A stretch of 64,000 nucleotides of DNA from Chiloscyllium plagiosum. Its lineage: Eukaryota. A program made the translations under genes and the position numbers. This document shows, piece after piece, positions 25,877 to 39,003 of this stretch. How positions within the stretch are numbered: the stretch's first letter is position 1; each line of letters starts with the position of its first letter. The stretch lies in NCBI RefSeq assembly GCF_004010195.1, contig NC_057719.1, positions 80,273,220 through 80,337,219 of the forward strand. The letters are read 5' to 3'. The notes beneath the pieces were generated by a model. It worked only from the letters and a program-made list of their open reading frames with translations, was not told the origin of the DNA and made no database searches.

Positions 25877-27039
25877 AGCTAGATTAACATCAGGAGGGAT
25901 ACAGTCAGTAACACAAGGTGATGTGGGAGAGAAGTTACTGTGTGAAAGTATGAGGGAGCTGGATTAAAAATTAGAGAGATAAGTTGCTATAGTATCTCAG
26001 TATGAGGCTGTGAGTCAGCAATCCGAATTTAGATGGATCTCTACGTACACACTGAATAGCTCGATGCTTTTGTGTTGCTCCAACTGTAATTGAAGAAGTT
26101 CCTGGTCATTTCTGTGGTAATGAGTTTCGGTGGGGTGGTGTGGGATAGTCAAATAAGTATAACTTTCAGCCTCTTTAGCCCCCATTGAGAATGAAACAAT
26201 TTGCAGCATGATCAAAGTTTCATTCATCTTTCTTTGGGCATGCTAAGAAGGAGGAATTGAAGTTTTCACAACCATCTTTAAAAAACTTCTTGCAGAGTGT
26301 CAGACTGCAGGAAATGTGGCAACCAATTTCTGCATACAGGAATGTGATGCTGCATTGTTGGATTTTTGTGTTGTTGATTGATGGATGAACATTATCCAGG
26401 TTACTGAGATAATGCTTGAGATCCTGCCTTGAAATATTTTACATTTGACGTTTGAACCACATAGTGGAATGGTCAAATATTTGGGTAAGTCAGTCAGACC
26501 AAGTGGAATCTTTGGGAGGCTGCTAAATGAACTCAATTCTTTCAATTGGTAAGGCAGTAATTGTACAAGAATTACACTGTCTAGTGAACTTTACTTGAAA
26601 ATGAAGCAAGCAAATCAGGAAAGCACATGCTTTCACCTTTATGCAATTTCTAAAACTGAAGTCCTCACCATCTCAGACTTTCCTCCAAGGATTCTTCCCA
26701 AATCATTGAACAAACCATTAAATAGAAATATCTTGCTACACAATCTGCTTCCCTTTGCGGTCACTTAAGCCACAAGTTTGAAATGATGAAAAATGCCTTG
26801 CCCTGTGAATTAAGAATGCAGGTTAGAAGGCCCTTCATCTGAAACACTTTGGGCAAGAACGAACAAAGTGAAATCTAGAGCTTCCTCAAGGCTGGTGTTA
26901 CTCAAAGAGGCAGTTTTCCCAACCTCTCCGAGGTACGGATGCATTGAAAATAAAATAAAATGCATCAGACTTTCACTGAGGGAAAGTTGTTGATGGTTGC
27001 CTAATGTTCAGCACCATTCATGACTCCTTCGATACTGTA

Positions 27040-27950
27040 GCAGTCTGTGTTCAAATGCAACAACACCTGGTCAATATCCAGGTTTGGGCTGACAAGTGGC
27101 AAGTAACTAGCCCCATATGCAACGATGATTTCCAATGAGAGAAAGTCTAACCATCACTCCTTGATGTTCAGTGGCATTACCTTCGCTGTATCAACATTCT
27201 GGTGATTACCAATTGACCAGATTCTGAACTGGACTAGCCACATAAATACTGTGGCAACAAGAGCAGGTCAGAGGCTAGGAATCTTGCAGTGACTGACTCA
27301 AGTCCTGATCACTGTTTCCTCTAATGTTCTTACCAACTGTGTGGACTCTGCATGATAGTGACTTCCATCAATGCCATGATAATGGTACTGAAGCTGATCA
27401 CCATGTATGGATCCTCAGAGTGCATGTTGCTCCTCTTTCCTCAAAGCCTGTCCACTATCTACAAGATACATATAAGGAGCATGGTGGGATACCATCACTC
27501 CCAGCTCCCAGATGAGTGAAACTCTAAAAACACTTCAGAAGTGTGACACCATCCAGGACAAGCAGCCCACTTGATTGACACCATGTATGCTACTGTCAAC
27601 ACTCTCTCCACCAATGCTCAGTAGTGACAATGTGTGCCATCTACAAGATGCACTGCCAAACTTTATCAAGGCTCCTGAGACATTTTCCAAACCCACAATA
27701 TCTACCACTGAGAAGGACAAAGACAACAGACTGCAAATTCCCCTCCAAGCCATTGCCTGACTTTGAACTCCTCTGTGGCTGAGTCAAAATCCCTGAAATA
27801 CCCTCCATAACCATGCAGCGTGGTATACCTACACTCCAAGGATTCCTGCGATTCAAGAAGCCTGCTCATAACCAGCTTCTCTGGGGCCACTAAGGATAGG
27901 CAATAAATGCTGACCTAGCCAGCAATACCTACATCCCCATGAATGAAAAG
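27040..27950 (+). mobile_element. Old CR1/L2-clade LINE 3' portion
   Basis: IQVWADKWQV-like segment; tail AATAAATGCTGACCTAGCCAGC...CATCCCCATGAATGAAA, similar to about 61520-61735. Confidence 0.65.
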
Positions 27951-28357
27951 ATTAACTTGGGCAATGACAGTTTGCTTGGACCTACCCACTGTGTATTGTC
28001 TCTCATCTCCTCACAATGGGCACAATCGCAGTGAGATAACTGAGACCCCCGGAACAATTGTGTAGAATAAAGAAGCACATAGGTTTCATCCACCTATTTA
28101 TGGGTAGACAGGTTGAAAGTGGAAGTGATTCCCCAACACACAAAGTCGTTGATAGTCAGGGTGTTGCAGTTTGCCTGTCATTAGTCATGTGGTATCTGGA
28201 AATGGTTTTGAAAGAGCTAATGGTTGTGCTATGCTGAGCTCCACCCAGTCAGATGGTGTCACACAGCCTCTGGGTGAAGAATGGGTTTGTGTCCTATTGG
28301 AGACACAAAGGTGTCACCTATCTTTTGTTAGTAACAGTTCATAGGCCTAAGAGTGAA

Positions 28358-28552
28358 CAAAGAGTGTAGTGCTGGAAAACACAGCAGGTCAGGCAGTATC
28401 TGAGGAACAGGAGCAGGAGAATGATTCCTGATGAAGGGCTTATGTCCGAAACATTGATTCTCCTGCTGCTTGGATGCTGCCTGACCGGCTGTGCTTTTCC
28501 AGCACTACATTCTCAGCTCTGATCTCTAGCATCTGCAGTCCTCACTTTCTCT
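28358..28552 (+). mobile_element. Penelope pLTR family 1, inverted-duplicated, mutated hammerhead
   Basis: CTGATGAAGGGCTTATGTCCGAAACATT; the arms are reverse complementary; TSD TAAGAGTGAA/TAAGAGTTAA. Confidence 0.8.
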
Positions 28553-28944
28553 TAAGAGTTAATGTAATCTGTATATAGGTACTAAAGTGCAGTAAATCAT
28601 ACCTTCTTGTCAAAGACAAGAGGGTCTTCAGACGAGATTTATTTGTGATCCATCTTCCAGCATAGGTTACTGAAGAGCCCCTGAGATTAATATATGAAGA
28701 AGGATTCCTGGCAGCACTTTAGCATTATGCTTCCTACCAAATGGTGCCAATGGTGGACATCGGTGCCTAACACAATGAGTAGCCCCACCTTAATGTGATG
28801 GCACATGATCCCTTACTCATCAAGGAGAATGTTGCCCACACTTTGGAGTGAAATCAGAGTGCCCCTTTTCCACACTGAGGGAAGCAGGGATCTGGAACTC
28901 TCCCCCGAAATATATCCGTTCCTTTGTATCGGCTTGTAACCGTT

Positions 28945-29322
28945 GGACTTCAGAGGAATAAGAGGAGACTTGATTGAAGATCCTGAGGTGGATGTGGACG
29001 GGATGTTTCTTCCTGTGGGAGAACCTAGAACTAGGGGTCGATGTTAAAAACATTAGGGGCTGCCCATGTAAAGCAGAGATGAGGCAAAATATTTCATTTG
29101 AAGGTCCTGTGTCTTTGGAGCTCTCTTTCTGAAAAGGTGGTGAAAGCAGAGGTCTTTAATATTTTTATGGTTGAGATGAATTCTTGTTAAGCAAGATGAG
29201 GTGTTGGGGGGATTGGTGAAAGGTTATCAGGTGAAGTGAGAATACAAATTTGAGGTGACAATGGGATCAGACATGATCAGGCATGAGGCCTGAATAGCCC
29301 ACTCCTGCTCCCACTTCATATG
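28945..29322 (+). mobile_element. Old CR1 3' fragment
   Basis: TTCAGAGGAATAAGAGGAGACTTGATTGAA and tail GAATAGCCCACTCCTGCTCC. Confidence 0.7.
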
Positions 29323-29864
29323 TGCTGGTGCCCTGTTTAAGATTTATACTAAGGTTACCAAAAACAGAAAATCTGGTTAATTACCCCATTGCTGTGATCA
29401 TACTGGCTGCCATACTTGCCTACATTCTGACATGGCGTTATTAGCTGCATGTATGCTAATCGTTAGGTGCATCATTGGTTTGAATTGAATCCCACTGAAA
29501 CATGTCTCTGTACCTAATGCAAGTAATTAATAAATCTTCATTAGTTTCCATTAGTCTGGTTTCGAGTCCTCATCTGTCAGCCATGTCTGTAATCAGGCTG
29601 TGATATTTAAACCATGGTGACTTTCTACATAACTGCTTAGTTGGCTACAAAGCATCTTGGGACAGGCGAAGCTTGTGAAAATGAAATTAGTCTTTTATTT
29701 TCTCTTTCGCGTTGTGCACACAAAATGTACTATGATGATAGATCCTGTTCTAAATGCTCCTTTTGTCAGATTACAGCAAGTGCTTTTCAATCACCAAATA
29801 CTTCAAGAACTGCATGCCCCAGCAAAACAGGACTGTAATGATCAGCTGTCAGGGACAGTGTATC

Positions 29865-30099
29865 GTTGAAACTTTATTGCTGGAACAGCACAGCAGGTCA
29901 GGCAGCATCCAGGGAACAGGAGATTCGACGTTTCGGGCACAGGCCCTTCTTCAGGAATGAGCCCGAAGAAGGGCCTGAAGAAGGGCCTGTGCCCGAAACG
30001 TCGAATCTCCTGTTCCCTGGATGCTGCCTGACCTGCTGTGCTGTTCCAGCAATAAAGTTTCAACTTTGATCTCCAGCATCTGCAGACCTCACTTTCTCC
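29865..30099 (+). mobile_element. Young Penelope pLTR family 1 forming a perfect 91-bp inverted repeat
   Basis: 29865-29955 is the exact reverse complement of 29974-30064; perfect 15-bp TSD CAGGGACAGTGTATC (29850-29864 and 30100-30114). Confidence 0.92.
29923..29958 (-). ncRNA. Minimal type I hammerhead ribozyme motif
   Basis: AUUC-CUGAAGA-A-GGGC(CUGU)GCCC-GAAA-C-GUC-GAAU: intact core, 4-bp stems I and II, loopless stem III. Activity untested. Confidence 0.7.
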
Positions 30100-30283
30100 C
30101 AGGGACAGTGTATCACCAAGTGCCTCAGCTTTCTAGAATTGGAATTTGGGTTTAGGACATTAAAGGAAGTTTACACCTCAAAACCAGATTATCTGTTCTT
30201 CATCATGCACAAACATCAAAGTGAAAAGAAACTGCAATTAGAGGTTTCCAATTGAAGAGAGTAAACCAGATATAGACCATCAG

Positions 30284-30421
30284 ATGGTCCTGATGAAGGG
30301 CTTTTGCCCGAAATGTCAATTTTTCCTGCTCTTCAGATACTGCCTGACCTGCTGTGTTTTTCCAGAACCACTCTAATCTTGACTCTAATCTTCAGCATCT
30401 GCAATATCCACTTCTGCCTAC
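30284..30421 (+). mobile_element. Penelope pLTR family 1 variant
   Basis: CTGATGAAGGGCTTTTGCCCGAAATGTC; TSD ATATAGACCAYCAG (30270-30283 and 30422-30435). Confidence 0.82.
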
Positions 30422-31262
30422 ATATAGACCACCAGCTGACTCCCCTCAGCTCCAAATGACTTGGTAGAACATTCAGAGCTGTTTTTAAAAACATCAATCC
30501 CAGTTATTGACTCAGACAGCAGTGAGCCCTAAGGGACTTTCCAAGCTTAAAACATTCAGACTGCAGACAGTACTTACTCCTCCAATTTGGCTGGGTGATG
30601 TTATCCACTGAGATGTGTCCTTGGGATTTTGAATTCAATGTCTGCAACTGATGTTGATGTCAGCACACTGTATCTCTAAACTGAGATTGCTTACATAAAT
30701 ATGTTGATTTCTTTATGTGCAATGAAGCTTGCAAGTTGACCACTATAGCTCCTGCTATACTCTACCACCTCATGGAAAACTATTAAAGATTTTCTTCTTT
30801 AATTTCAATCTTCAACATATTTTAAAATTTCTTTTTTTTCTCTCTGTTGTAAATATTGGTACTAGAAAATACTCCAATTGCCAGAATCTTTCAGCTTTTC
30901 TCACTCCCTTCTCTCAAACCTTTATAGTCAGCTGGCTATAAACGTCTCCCCATTACTTTTGCTGTGACATTATGAGATAATGACATGATAGGTGATGATC
31001 CTCAACTAGCGTGATGTGATGCGTATGTTAGCTCCCCTTAAATAAGGATGAGATGTTGGTCATGGAGTGCTGAAAAATATACTTTGCTTTTATTACAGCA
31101 GTTGGTACCTACATCTGTACATTACAATGACACACTTGCACGTCTGGACTCAAGCTGGGCAATTCAGATGCACTTCTGCAAGCTTCCCACAGCATGCCAT
31201 GCTGTAAGAGAACAGAGCTCTGTAAGATGGAGACTGCATGTTTTAATAACATTGTTGCACTT

Positions 31263-31901
31263 GAACATAGAACATAGAACAATACAGCACAGAACAGGCC
31301 CTTCGGCCCACGATGTTGTGCCGAACATTTGTCCTAGATTAAGCACCCATCCATGTACCTATCCAATTGCCGCTTAAAGGTCACCAAAGATTCTGACTCT
31401 ACCACTCCCACAGGCAGCACATTCCATGCCCCCACCACTCTCTGGGTAAAGAACCCACCCCTGACATCTCCCCTATACCTTCCACCCTTCACCTTAAATT
31501 TATGTCCCGTTTTAACACTCTGTTGTACCGGGGAAAAAGTCTCTGACTGTCTACTCTATCTATTCCTCTGATCATCTTATAAACCTCTATCAAGTCACCC
31601 CTCATCCTTCGCCGTTCCAACGAGAAAAGGCCTAGCACTCTCAACCTATCCTCGTAAGACCTATTCTCCATTCCAGGCAACATCCTGGTAAATCTTCTCT
31701 GCACCCTCTCCAAAGCTTCCACATCTTTCCTAAAGTGAGGCGACCAGAACTGCACACAGTACTCCAAATGTGGCCTAACCAAAGTCCTGTACAGTTGCAA
31801 CATCACTTCACGACTCTTGAATTCAATCCCTCTGCTAATGAACGCTAATACACCATAGGCCTTCTTACAAGCTCTATCCACCTGAGTGGCAACTTTCAAA
31901 G
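31263..31901 (-). mobile_element. CR1 LINE 3' portion (young)
   Basis: ORF 31489-31923 LYRTLVRPHLEYCVQFWSP; (GAACATA)n tail. Confidence 0.93.
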
Positions 31902-32039
31902 AACTCAGAACGTCACACAACAATAAGCCAAGGTTCCTAAAGGGTCTACAGACTTTATCTTAAATGTGACCATCCCCTAATTCAAGGATCAGGGCCCTCA
32001 TCACATCAGCTGTCTACCATTCTGTCACAACTGATATAT

Positions 32040-32430
32040 ATGCTGTAACCATAGTTACTCTCTTCAAATAGTTACTGTGTGTTGACAGTTACTCTGTACT
32101 GTTAGTTACTCTGTACTGATGGTTACCTTGAACTGATAGATACGCTGGGTTGATTGATGTTCAACACTGATAATTTTGATACTCTGTACTGACAGGTAGT
32201 CTATATTGAAAATACTCTGGGCTGATAAGTATTCTGTACTGATAGTATTGATAGTTACTCTGTACTGGTAGGAGCAACATTTACTTTGTACTGTTAGATA
32301 TCATGTACTTACAGATACTCTGTGCTGATTGATATTCAGCACTGATAGCCTTGTTAGTTACTCTGTACGGATAGATTTCCTGCACTGATATTTACTCGGT
32401 GTTGATAGGTACACTATACTGATAGTTTTC
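32040..32430. repeat. Degenerate ~17-bp minisatellite (TAGTTACTCTGTACTGA)
   Basis: About 20 diverged units; a similar patch at 33020-33130. Confidence 0.8.
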
Positions 32431-32939
32431 TTTCACTAATTCCGTTTACTAAGAACTGCAGTACATTTGCAGAGTGTTTTTCATCTCCTCGTGATTGCTG
32501 AGCTCTTGCTCATTGGGTGAGTTGGTATGGGGTAATGAGGGGTCATGGCAGAAGATGTGGGAGTGAGGAGATGAACATGGTAATGGCTAGAGAGAGCCTA
32601 ACTGTTTTGACATCATTTGGGATCAAGTCACTGAGAGGGGCTTTCCAAGTAGCCCACCTTAACACTCTCCTGTTCCTGTGTCCTCTTGGCACCTACATCT
32701 GGGTCGGCAGACCTGACCCCATCCTGCAAGCCACCCACAACCTCCCTCAAATAATTCGCAAACCTGTTTTGCTGAGGTGGCTTGGTGATTTGGGAAATTT
32801 CTTGACTCAAGTTATCTGCATAAATATCCAAAATCTGTTCCCAAAATTGACTTTGTTCTGTTATTTCGTTTGTACTTACAGTTACCCTGTACAGCACTCC
32901 TTTACAACTACCCTGTACAACACAGTTATTACTCTCAGC

Positions 32940-33020
32940 TGCCTGAGGAAGGAGCAGGGAAGCTTGTGGTTTCAAATAAATCTATTGGTCTATAACCCGG
33001 GTGTCATGTGATTTTTGACA
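32940..33020 (+). mobile_element. Decayed Penelope pLTR family 2
   Basis: CCTGAGGAAGGAGCAG...CAAATAAATCTATTGGTCTATAACC. Confidence 0.6.
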
Positions 33021-33179
33021 CTGCTGATGAACAATGTGTACTATAGTATCTATCAATACAGACTATGCTTTAGAAAATAGCCTTTATTGATAGATACCAT
33101 GTACTGGCTAGTTAATCTTTACTAATACTATAATGATAGGAAACACAAGGCTACGCAACAGTTCATAAAACTGAACATT

Positions 33180-34390
33180 GAGAATCTGTTTACTGCAAGG
33201 ATAATGAAACACAAAAGTAGGGGAGTTTTACTCCAGCCACATGGAGGCTGGTGGAACAACAGCTGTAGTACTATCTACAGTCTTGACTTCCTCATTTGCA
33301 AAGGGACAGAGAAGATTCACCTGATTCATTCCTGGGATGAAGAGCTCATCTTATGAGGAAAGGTTAAACCAATTGACATTTAGAAGAATCTGAGGTGATC
33401 TTGTTGAAGTATGTGAGATCCTTGGAGGGACTTGATAGGATGGATACAGGGCTTTTCTTCTCGTGTGAGGACACTAGAACTATGTGACAGAAATTAGGAA
33501 CATAGGAAACTAGAAGCAGGCTACCGAGCCTGCTCCTCGATTCAATGCTATCATTGCTGATGAAACATGTCAATGTCTTTCATCCATATAATCCCCATAA
33601 CCCTTTATGTCATTGTTAATCTGAAATCCAACAACTTCTACTTTAGGTGTACACAAAGACTAAGCTTCCACAGCCCTCTGTGGTAAAGAACTCCAAAGAT
33701 TGACCACGTTATGATAAAGAGAATTCCCCTCATCTTGATTCTAAATGTCATCCCCCTTATTTTTAAATTGTACTCCCTGCAAATTCTCTAACCAGGAGAA
33801 ACATCTTATCTGCATCGACCCTATCTATTCCTTGAAGTATTTTGTAGGCATCAATGAGATCACTTCTCATTCTTTGGAACTCTAAGGAATATTGTCTCAA
33901 TTTGCCCAATCTCTCTCCATACGACAGTTCTGTCATCCCAAGAACAAGTCTGGTGAACCTTTGTTGCACTACCTCTATGGCAATAATATCCTTTCTAAGT
34001 TAAAGAGAGCAAGACTCCACACAACAATCCACATACTATCTAAGCAGCTTCTATGCATTTAAAGCAAGACTTCTCTACCATGTAGTCAAATTCTCAAAAT
34101 TAAGAATAAGAGATATCCCTTTTAAGGGAGAACTGAGGAGAAATATTTTCCCTGAGAGGATTGTTAGTTTCTGAAATTCTGTTCCCCAGAAAGTGGGCGA
34201 GGCTGGATCGGAGCTTACTTGTGGCTGAGTTGTGTAGATTTTTCATTGGTGATGGAGTCAAGGATTACAAGAGGGGAAGACAGGAGAGTGGATTTGAGAC
34301 CTCAATCAGATCAGACATGACCAGAATGAATGGTGGAACAGGCTCAAAGGGCCGAATGGCCTACTCCACCACCTACTTCTGATGGTTCTT
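33180..34390 (+). mobile_element. Old CR1 (+) split by an antisense CR1 (33495-34095, -)
   Basis: The plus copy stops near GGACACTAGAAC and resumes at CTCAAAATTAAG; the inner minus copy encodes QQRFTRLVLGMTELSYGERL. Confidence 0.75.
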
Positions 34391-34839
34391 TTAAAACTGG
34401 AATCAAAGAGTAGATCAATCAGTAGCTGGAAGGGAGCTGGAGTTAGCTTTTATGTGGGACAAACTACTAACAATTTTTCTTCTCTGTTATGCACGAATAT
34501 TCATAGATATTTACAATATTTTAATGTTTAATAATCTTTTGAAGGTGCCGAGGATGGATGCCATGAATTCTAAATTGATTGTTAAACACTGAGGTTGTGT
34601 TTTCCAATGGCAAATATTGATACAAAAACATGACGACAATTTGTGACAAGACGTTGGCCTGTGTAAGAATTTGAATATTGTGGCAAATGTAATAAATTAT
34701 CCACAAGCGATGTCAGAGCTGAACGACTGTATATCTTTTAGCTTTTTATGTTGGGTTAAATTACCTGACACTATCAATATCAGTCATTACTGGGAGCTAC
34801 GCATAATCTCACTGAAATGTTGTCAAATATAAATATTGT

Positions 34840-35546
34840 TTCTCAGACTGGAAGCTTGAGACCAAAAGTATCGGCATTGTGTCCACTTTTGTTTGTCATT
34901 TATATAAAAAATTGGGATGAGAATAAACCTTGTTAGTAAATTTGTGGATGACACCAAAATTGAGACCTAGGGGTTCAGGTCTATAATTCTTTGAAATTTG
35001 CATCGCAGATAGACAGGATGGTTAAGAAGGCATTTAGCACATGTGCTTTCATTGCTCAGACCTTTGAGCACAGAAGTTGGGACATCATATTGAGGATATA
35101 CAGGGTGTTGGTGTGTACTGTGTGCTGTTCAGGTCGCCCTGCTATAGGAAGGGATTTATTAAATGGGAGAGAGTTCAGAAAAGATTCACCAGCATGTTGC
35201 CAGGAATGGAGTGTTTGAGATGAATGACAAGGGTCTTTTCTTTAAGATGGGAGAGTTCAAAACTTGGGGACGTACTTTTAAGGTGAGTGGAAACAAGTTT
35301 AGAAAGGACGTGAGTGGCAACTTTGTGTAAAAAGAGAGTGGTTCGCGTATGGAATGAACTGCCAGAGAAAGTGATGGATGCAGGTACAGCTACACTGTTT
35401 AAAAGACATTTGGATAAATTCATGAATAGGCACGTTTTGGAGGAATATGGGCCAGCACAGGTGGGACTAGTTTAGATTGGGAATATGGTCGGTGTGGACT
35501 GGTTGGACTGAAGGATCTGCTTCAGCGCTGTATGACTCTATGACTC
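34840..35546 (+). mobile_element. CR1 LINE with internal deletions
   Basis: KFVDDTK and RVVRVWNELP motifs; (ATGACTCT)n tail. Confidence 0.85.
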
Positions 35547-35799
35547 GACTTATATTTGTTTGCAATAGTTGTTGCTTAACTGCAGGTTGAACCTCAGAAT
35601 TACATAACTGTCACATCAATCTACAAAGTACAGAGGCTGCCTTCAAATATACACAGAGAGTTCCGTCATTAGGCTTCCCTGGTAACAACACAAAGCCATC
35701 ATTACAAGGGGTGAGTCTATATTTTCCATTCAGTGTTGTTTTGGCATCCTGCTCAAAATAATGGGACATCGTTGACACTAAAATAATGCAGATTAATTC

Positions 35800-36272
35800 C
35801 TACACCAGGAACTTGAACACAGAATCTGATACCTCAGTACAATAATGAAAGATTGCTGCACTCTTAGAGTAGAAATGAAACTGAGGCCCCAACTGCCTTC
35901 TCTGGTAGATCCAAAAGATCCCATGGGATCATTTGAAGATAAGAGAGCAAGATCTACCCATTGTTCTGGCCAAGATTTATTGCTTAGACAACACCACTAA
36001 AAAGAGATTAATTGACCATTACCACACTGCTGGATCATGCTATGGCCCACTTGAAACCACATCTTCTTCACTACAACAGTGTCTGCACTTCAACATTTCT
36101 TTATTGACTGTCATGACAACCATCTGATGAAGAAGCCCAGAAAGCTAGTGCCACCAAATAAACCTGTTGGACTATAACCAGGAGTTGTGAGATTTTTAAC
36201 TTTATTGACTGTAGATGTCTTTGAGATATCCTAAATCACGAAAAGCACTAGAGAAATGCAGATTCTTTCTTT
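35800..36272 (+). mobile_element. Deu-domain SINE (SacSINE1-like) containing a Penelope insertion
   Basis: GAGGCCCC...GTAGATCCAAAAGATCCCATGG...TTGAAGA segment and tail GAAAAGCACTAGAGAAATGCAG; a further Deu fragment at 36615-36770. Confidence 0.6.
36112..36199 (+). mobile_element. Short Penelope pLTR family 2
   Basis: CTGATGAAGAAGCCCAGAAAGCTAGTG; perfect 13-bp duplication CTTTATTGACTGT (36099-36111 and 36200-36212). Confidence 0.8.
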
Positions 36273-36774
36273 TTTATCCTCCTCGTTATCTTCCTCCTTT
36301 CCCATCAAACTCTCTGTACCTCCAGCTCTGGCGTCCTGAATAGCCATCCTCAATCTTCATTACGGCTGCCCCATCACTGCCTGGATTCACAACTTTCTGT
36401 GAAACCAAGTCCTTTTACCAATCTTTTGGGCTTTGCTTGTAGGCCACAGATTCAGCTTTAGCTTACTGGAGCACCTCCTGCTGAATAATAACCAGGAGGA
36501 GAGGAAGCGGGCAGCAGATGCTTTCCTGATCAAGCTGTTTGTGATCAACCTGTCCAACAGAACTGCCAACAACTGCAGCCCCAATTCTCCATTCATTACC
36601 AGTTCTCCTTTTCGTAGAGATGCTAATCTGAGGGCCTGTTTCCCTGGTTAGGTAGATGCAACAGACCCCATGGGCATCAGTGGAAGAGGAGCACATTGAT
36701 GTTGTCCCCAGTGTTCTGGTAGAACAGCAATCCCCCAATCAACAGAGTCACACAATTAATCAGTGGATAGCAGA

Positions 36775-37325
36775 AGTGCCGCAATGTAGATGGAGGCCAT
36801 TCAGCCCATCGTGTTTGTACAGCTCTTGAAATAAGTTATCATTACCTGATGCTTCCTCCATATTATCCTTGCACATTATTTCTACCTGAGTAATCATGCA
36901 ATGACCTATCTATCGCCTCAATTGAATCTATTTCCACTGTTCTTCACACAGTGCATTTCATACCATAACTACTCGCTGATCTCCTCATGTTACTTTTCCT
37001 CAGAGTCATGGAGTCCTCTCATAAGTCATTTTAAATCTGTTTTACAAGCAGTTACAGTTTCTCCTTGTCCATTCTATCCAGCATCCCTCTTGATTTTGAA
37101 AACCTCCATTAGATCTCCTCTCAACCTTTTTCTCTCCAAGGAAGAACAGTCCCAACTTCTTCAATCTATCCTCATCACTGAAGTTTCTCATCCTGGGAAT
37201 CATTCCTCGAAATCTCCTTTACACTCTGTTCATTGTATTCACATCCTTCCTATAGTGTGGAGCCTAGAGCTGTACCCAGTACTCCTGCTGAGGTCTGACA
37301 AGCATCTTATACTATTCAACATCAC
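36775..37325 (-). mobile_element. Old CR1 3' portion
   Basis: ATTAGATCTCCTCTCAACCTT and GGAGGCCATTCAGCCCATC, both reverse CR1 segments. Confidence 0.75.
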
Positions 37326-37599
37326 AAAGAGACAAAGAATATCCTGTCATTTTCACTAGTTCATAACTGTAGATGGGATACAGATGGTGTTCTGTGATGG
37401 TGATAGAACAAAAACAGAAGCAGAAATCTCGCCCCTCAGCATCAATGATAATGGCTTGAGGACAGTGCAAAATGAGAACACTAACCAAACCATGTCTTTC
37501 TCTGTATAACGGCCAACCAGTCAACATTATGCACTTGCTTGACATCTGGCTTATCAGTGGCCATGCCTTTCCTAATGCAGGGCTATCCCATTGTTTTCA

Positions 37600-38600
37600 G
37601 AATGGCTAGTGAAAGGCTGCTGACTGTCAAGAGGTGGTGGGGCGACAGAAACCCTGCAGATGAGTTCATAGGAGACCCTCCGCCAATCCTGGGACTGCAG
37701 GATCCAGGTTTGGTCTGCATCATCCTGGCATGGAAAGCAGTAATCTGGACTGGCCAGGCAACAGGCACGGGCTGGGGTAGAGTGACAGAGGAGGGAGAGT
37801 GAATGCTGTCATCCTAGTGCTTATGTTCTACAGGACCTGTGCTACCTCCTCAGAATGGTGCCTCCTTATCCTCATAACCTATTGAAGATGCTCTGCTCCC
37901 CTGCAATCTGTTTTGAACACTGACATCCAAGAATGAGATGGTGTCAGTCTGTGCTAGCAATGCAGTGTGTAGCGAGATCTGAGCATTTTGTTATTGTGCC
38001 CTCTCTGCTGCTGTCTCAGTTCGGGAATAAAGTTAGTATACTCGTGCTGGTCAGCACGTGTTAGCGCAACACACAACAGCAGTGAGTTGACATTGGCACT
38101 GCAGAGAAATGGTGCTGAGTGGTTACTGTTCAAACCCTGATACAGAAGCTGAGAGATTGGCCGCCAGATGCTGCAGCATGCTTGACTTTACAAATGTGTT
38201 CATGCTGGAAAGGGTGAACTCTGAGCTATGACAGAGCACAAGCTTTGTGACAAGCTTCCTACTACATTAAGGATTTAATTATCCATACCCACTAGCCATT
38301 CCCCATAGCTCATCTCCATCAAGGCCCTCGTCGTAGTTCTCTGGAGCAGAAACATGTGTGACCTCAGTCTCCAGTGGTCTGGTACCTGTCTACCTTTGCC
38401 TGCTTGCCCTGGTTGTAGCCTACTCTTGTCCAGTATCTCACCATGTGTTGATCCAGAACGTACTTGTCCTCCAAACTACATACTATGTCGATGTCTGAGC
38501 TTGTGGTGAGGAGTATGAGACTGAGTGACCCGTCTCATCATCACCATCATTGCCGTCTTCCTGCCCTTTTGACCGATTGCTGTGCCATCACTGCCTGGCA
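37600..38600. mobile_element. Possible decayed PIF/Harbinger remnant
   Basis: Plus-strand MSELVVRSMRLS (near 38490) loosely resembles a Harbinger transposase N-terminus; minus-strand EEVAQV (near 37840) resembles the Myb/SANT partner. Weak similarity only. Confidence 0.25.
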
Positions 38601-39003
38601 TGCTGACAGGTCTTGCGTATCTAAAATGGACAAGGGCACATGGGTGGGCTGTGCTGAGGAGGTTAGGGGGGGCTATGTGAGAAACAAGAGGCTGATGCCA
38701 TCTGCAGCTTGTAAAGCCAAGGGACTGTGGGATGGAGCAAAAGCATTCTGTAATGCAGGAGGGGGAGGGGCAGCATGATCATGACTGGAGCAGATGCCGA
38801 AGACAATCCTACAGCTGACTCCAAGCTGGAGGTAGAACACAGCAGGCAGACAGCAATCTTGAAGAGGGGGATTTGTTGGAATGCCCCTGCCAGCTAAGTG
38901 CTGCCCCTTCTGGTTATGTGCCCCCTTGACCTGTGGAAGTGATTTGCATATGCCTGTGAGTGTGGTGCAATTTGTTTGGGTGATGAGGCCCCCATGGTTG
39001 AAT

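Noticed and set aside
25719..25967. WLAG-repeat protein
   Set aside because: Translation of the (GGCT)n microsatellite.
29842..30069. Two near-identical ORFs on opposite strands
   Set aside because: By-product of the palindrome.
30991..31073. C/D-box snoRNA (GTGATGA...CTGA)
   Set aside because: No terminal stem and no recognisable guide sequence.
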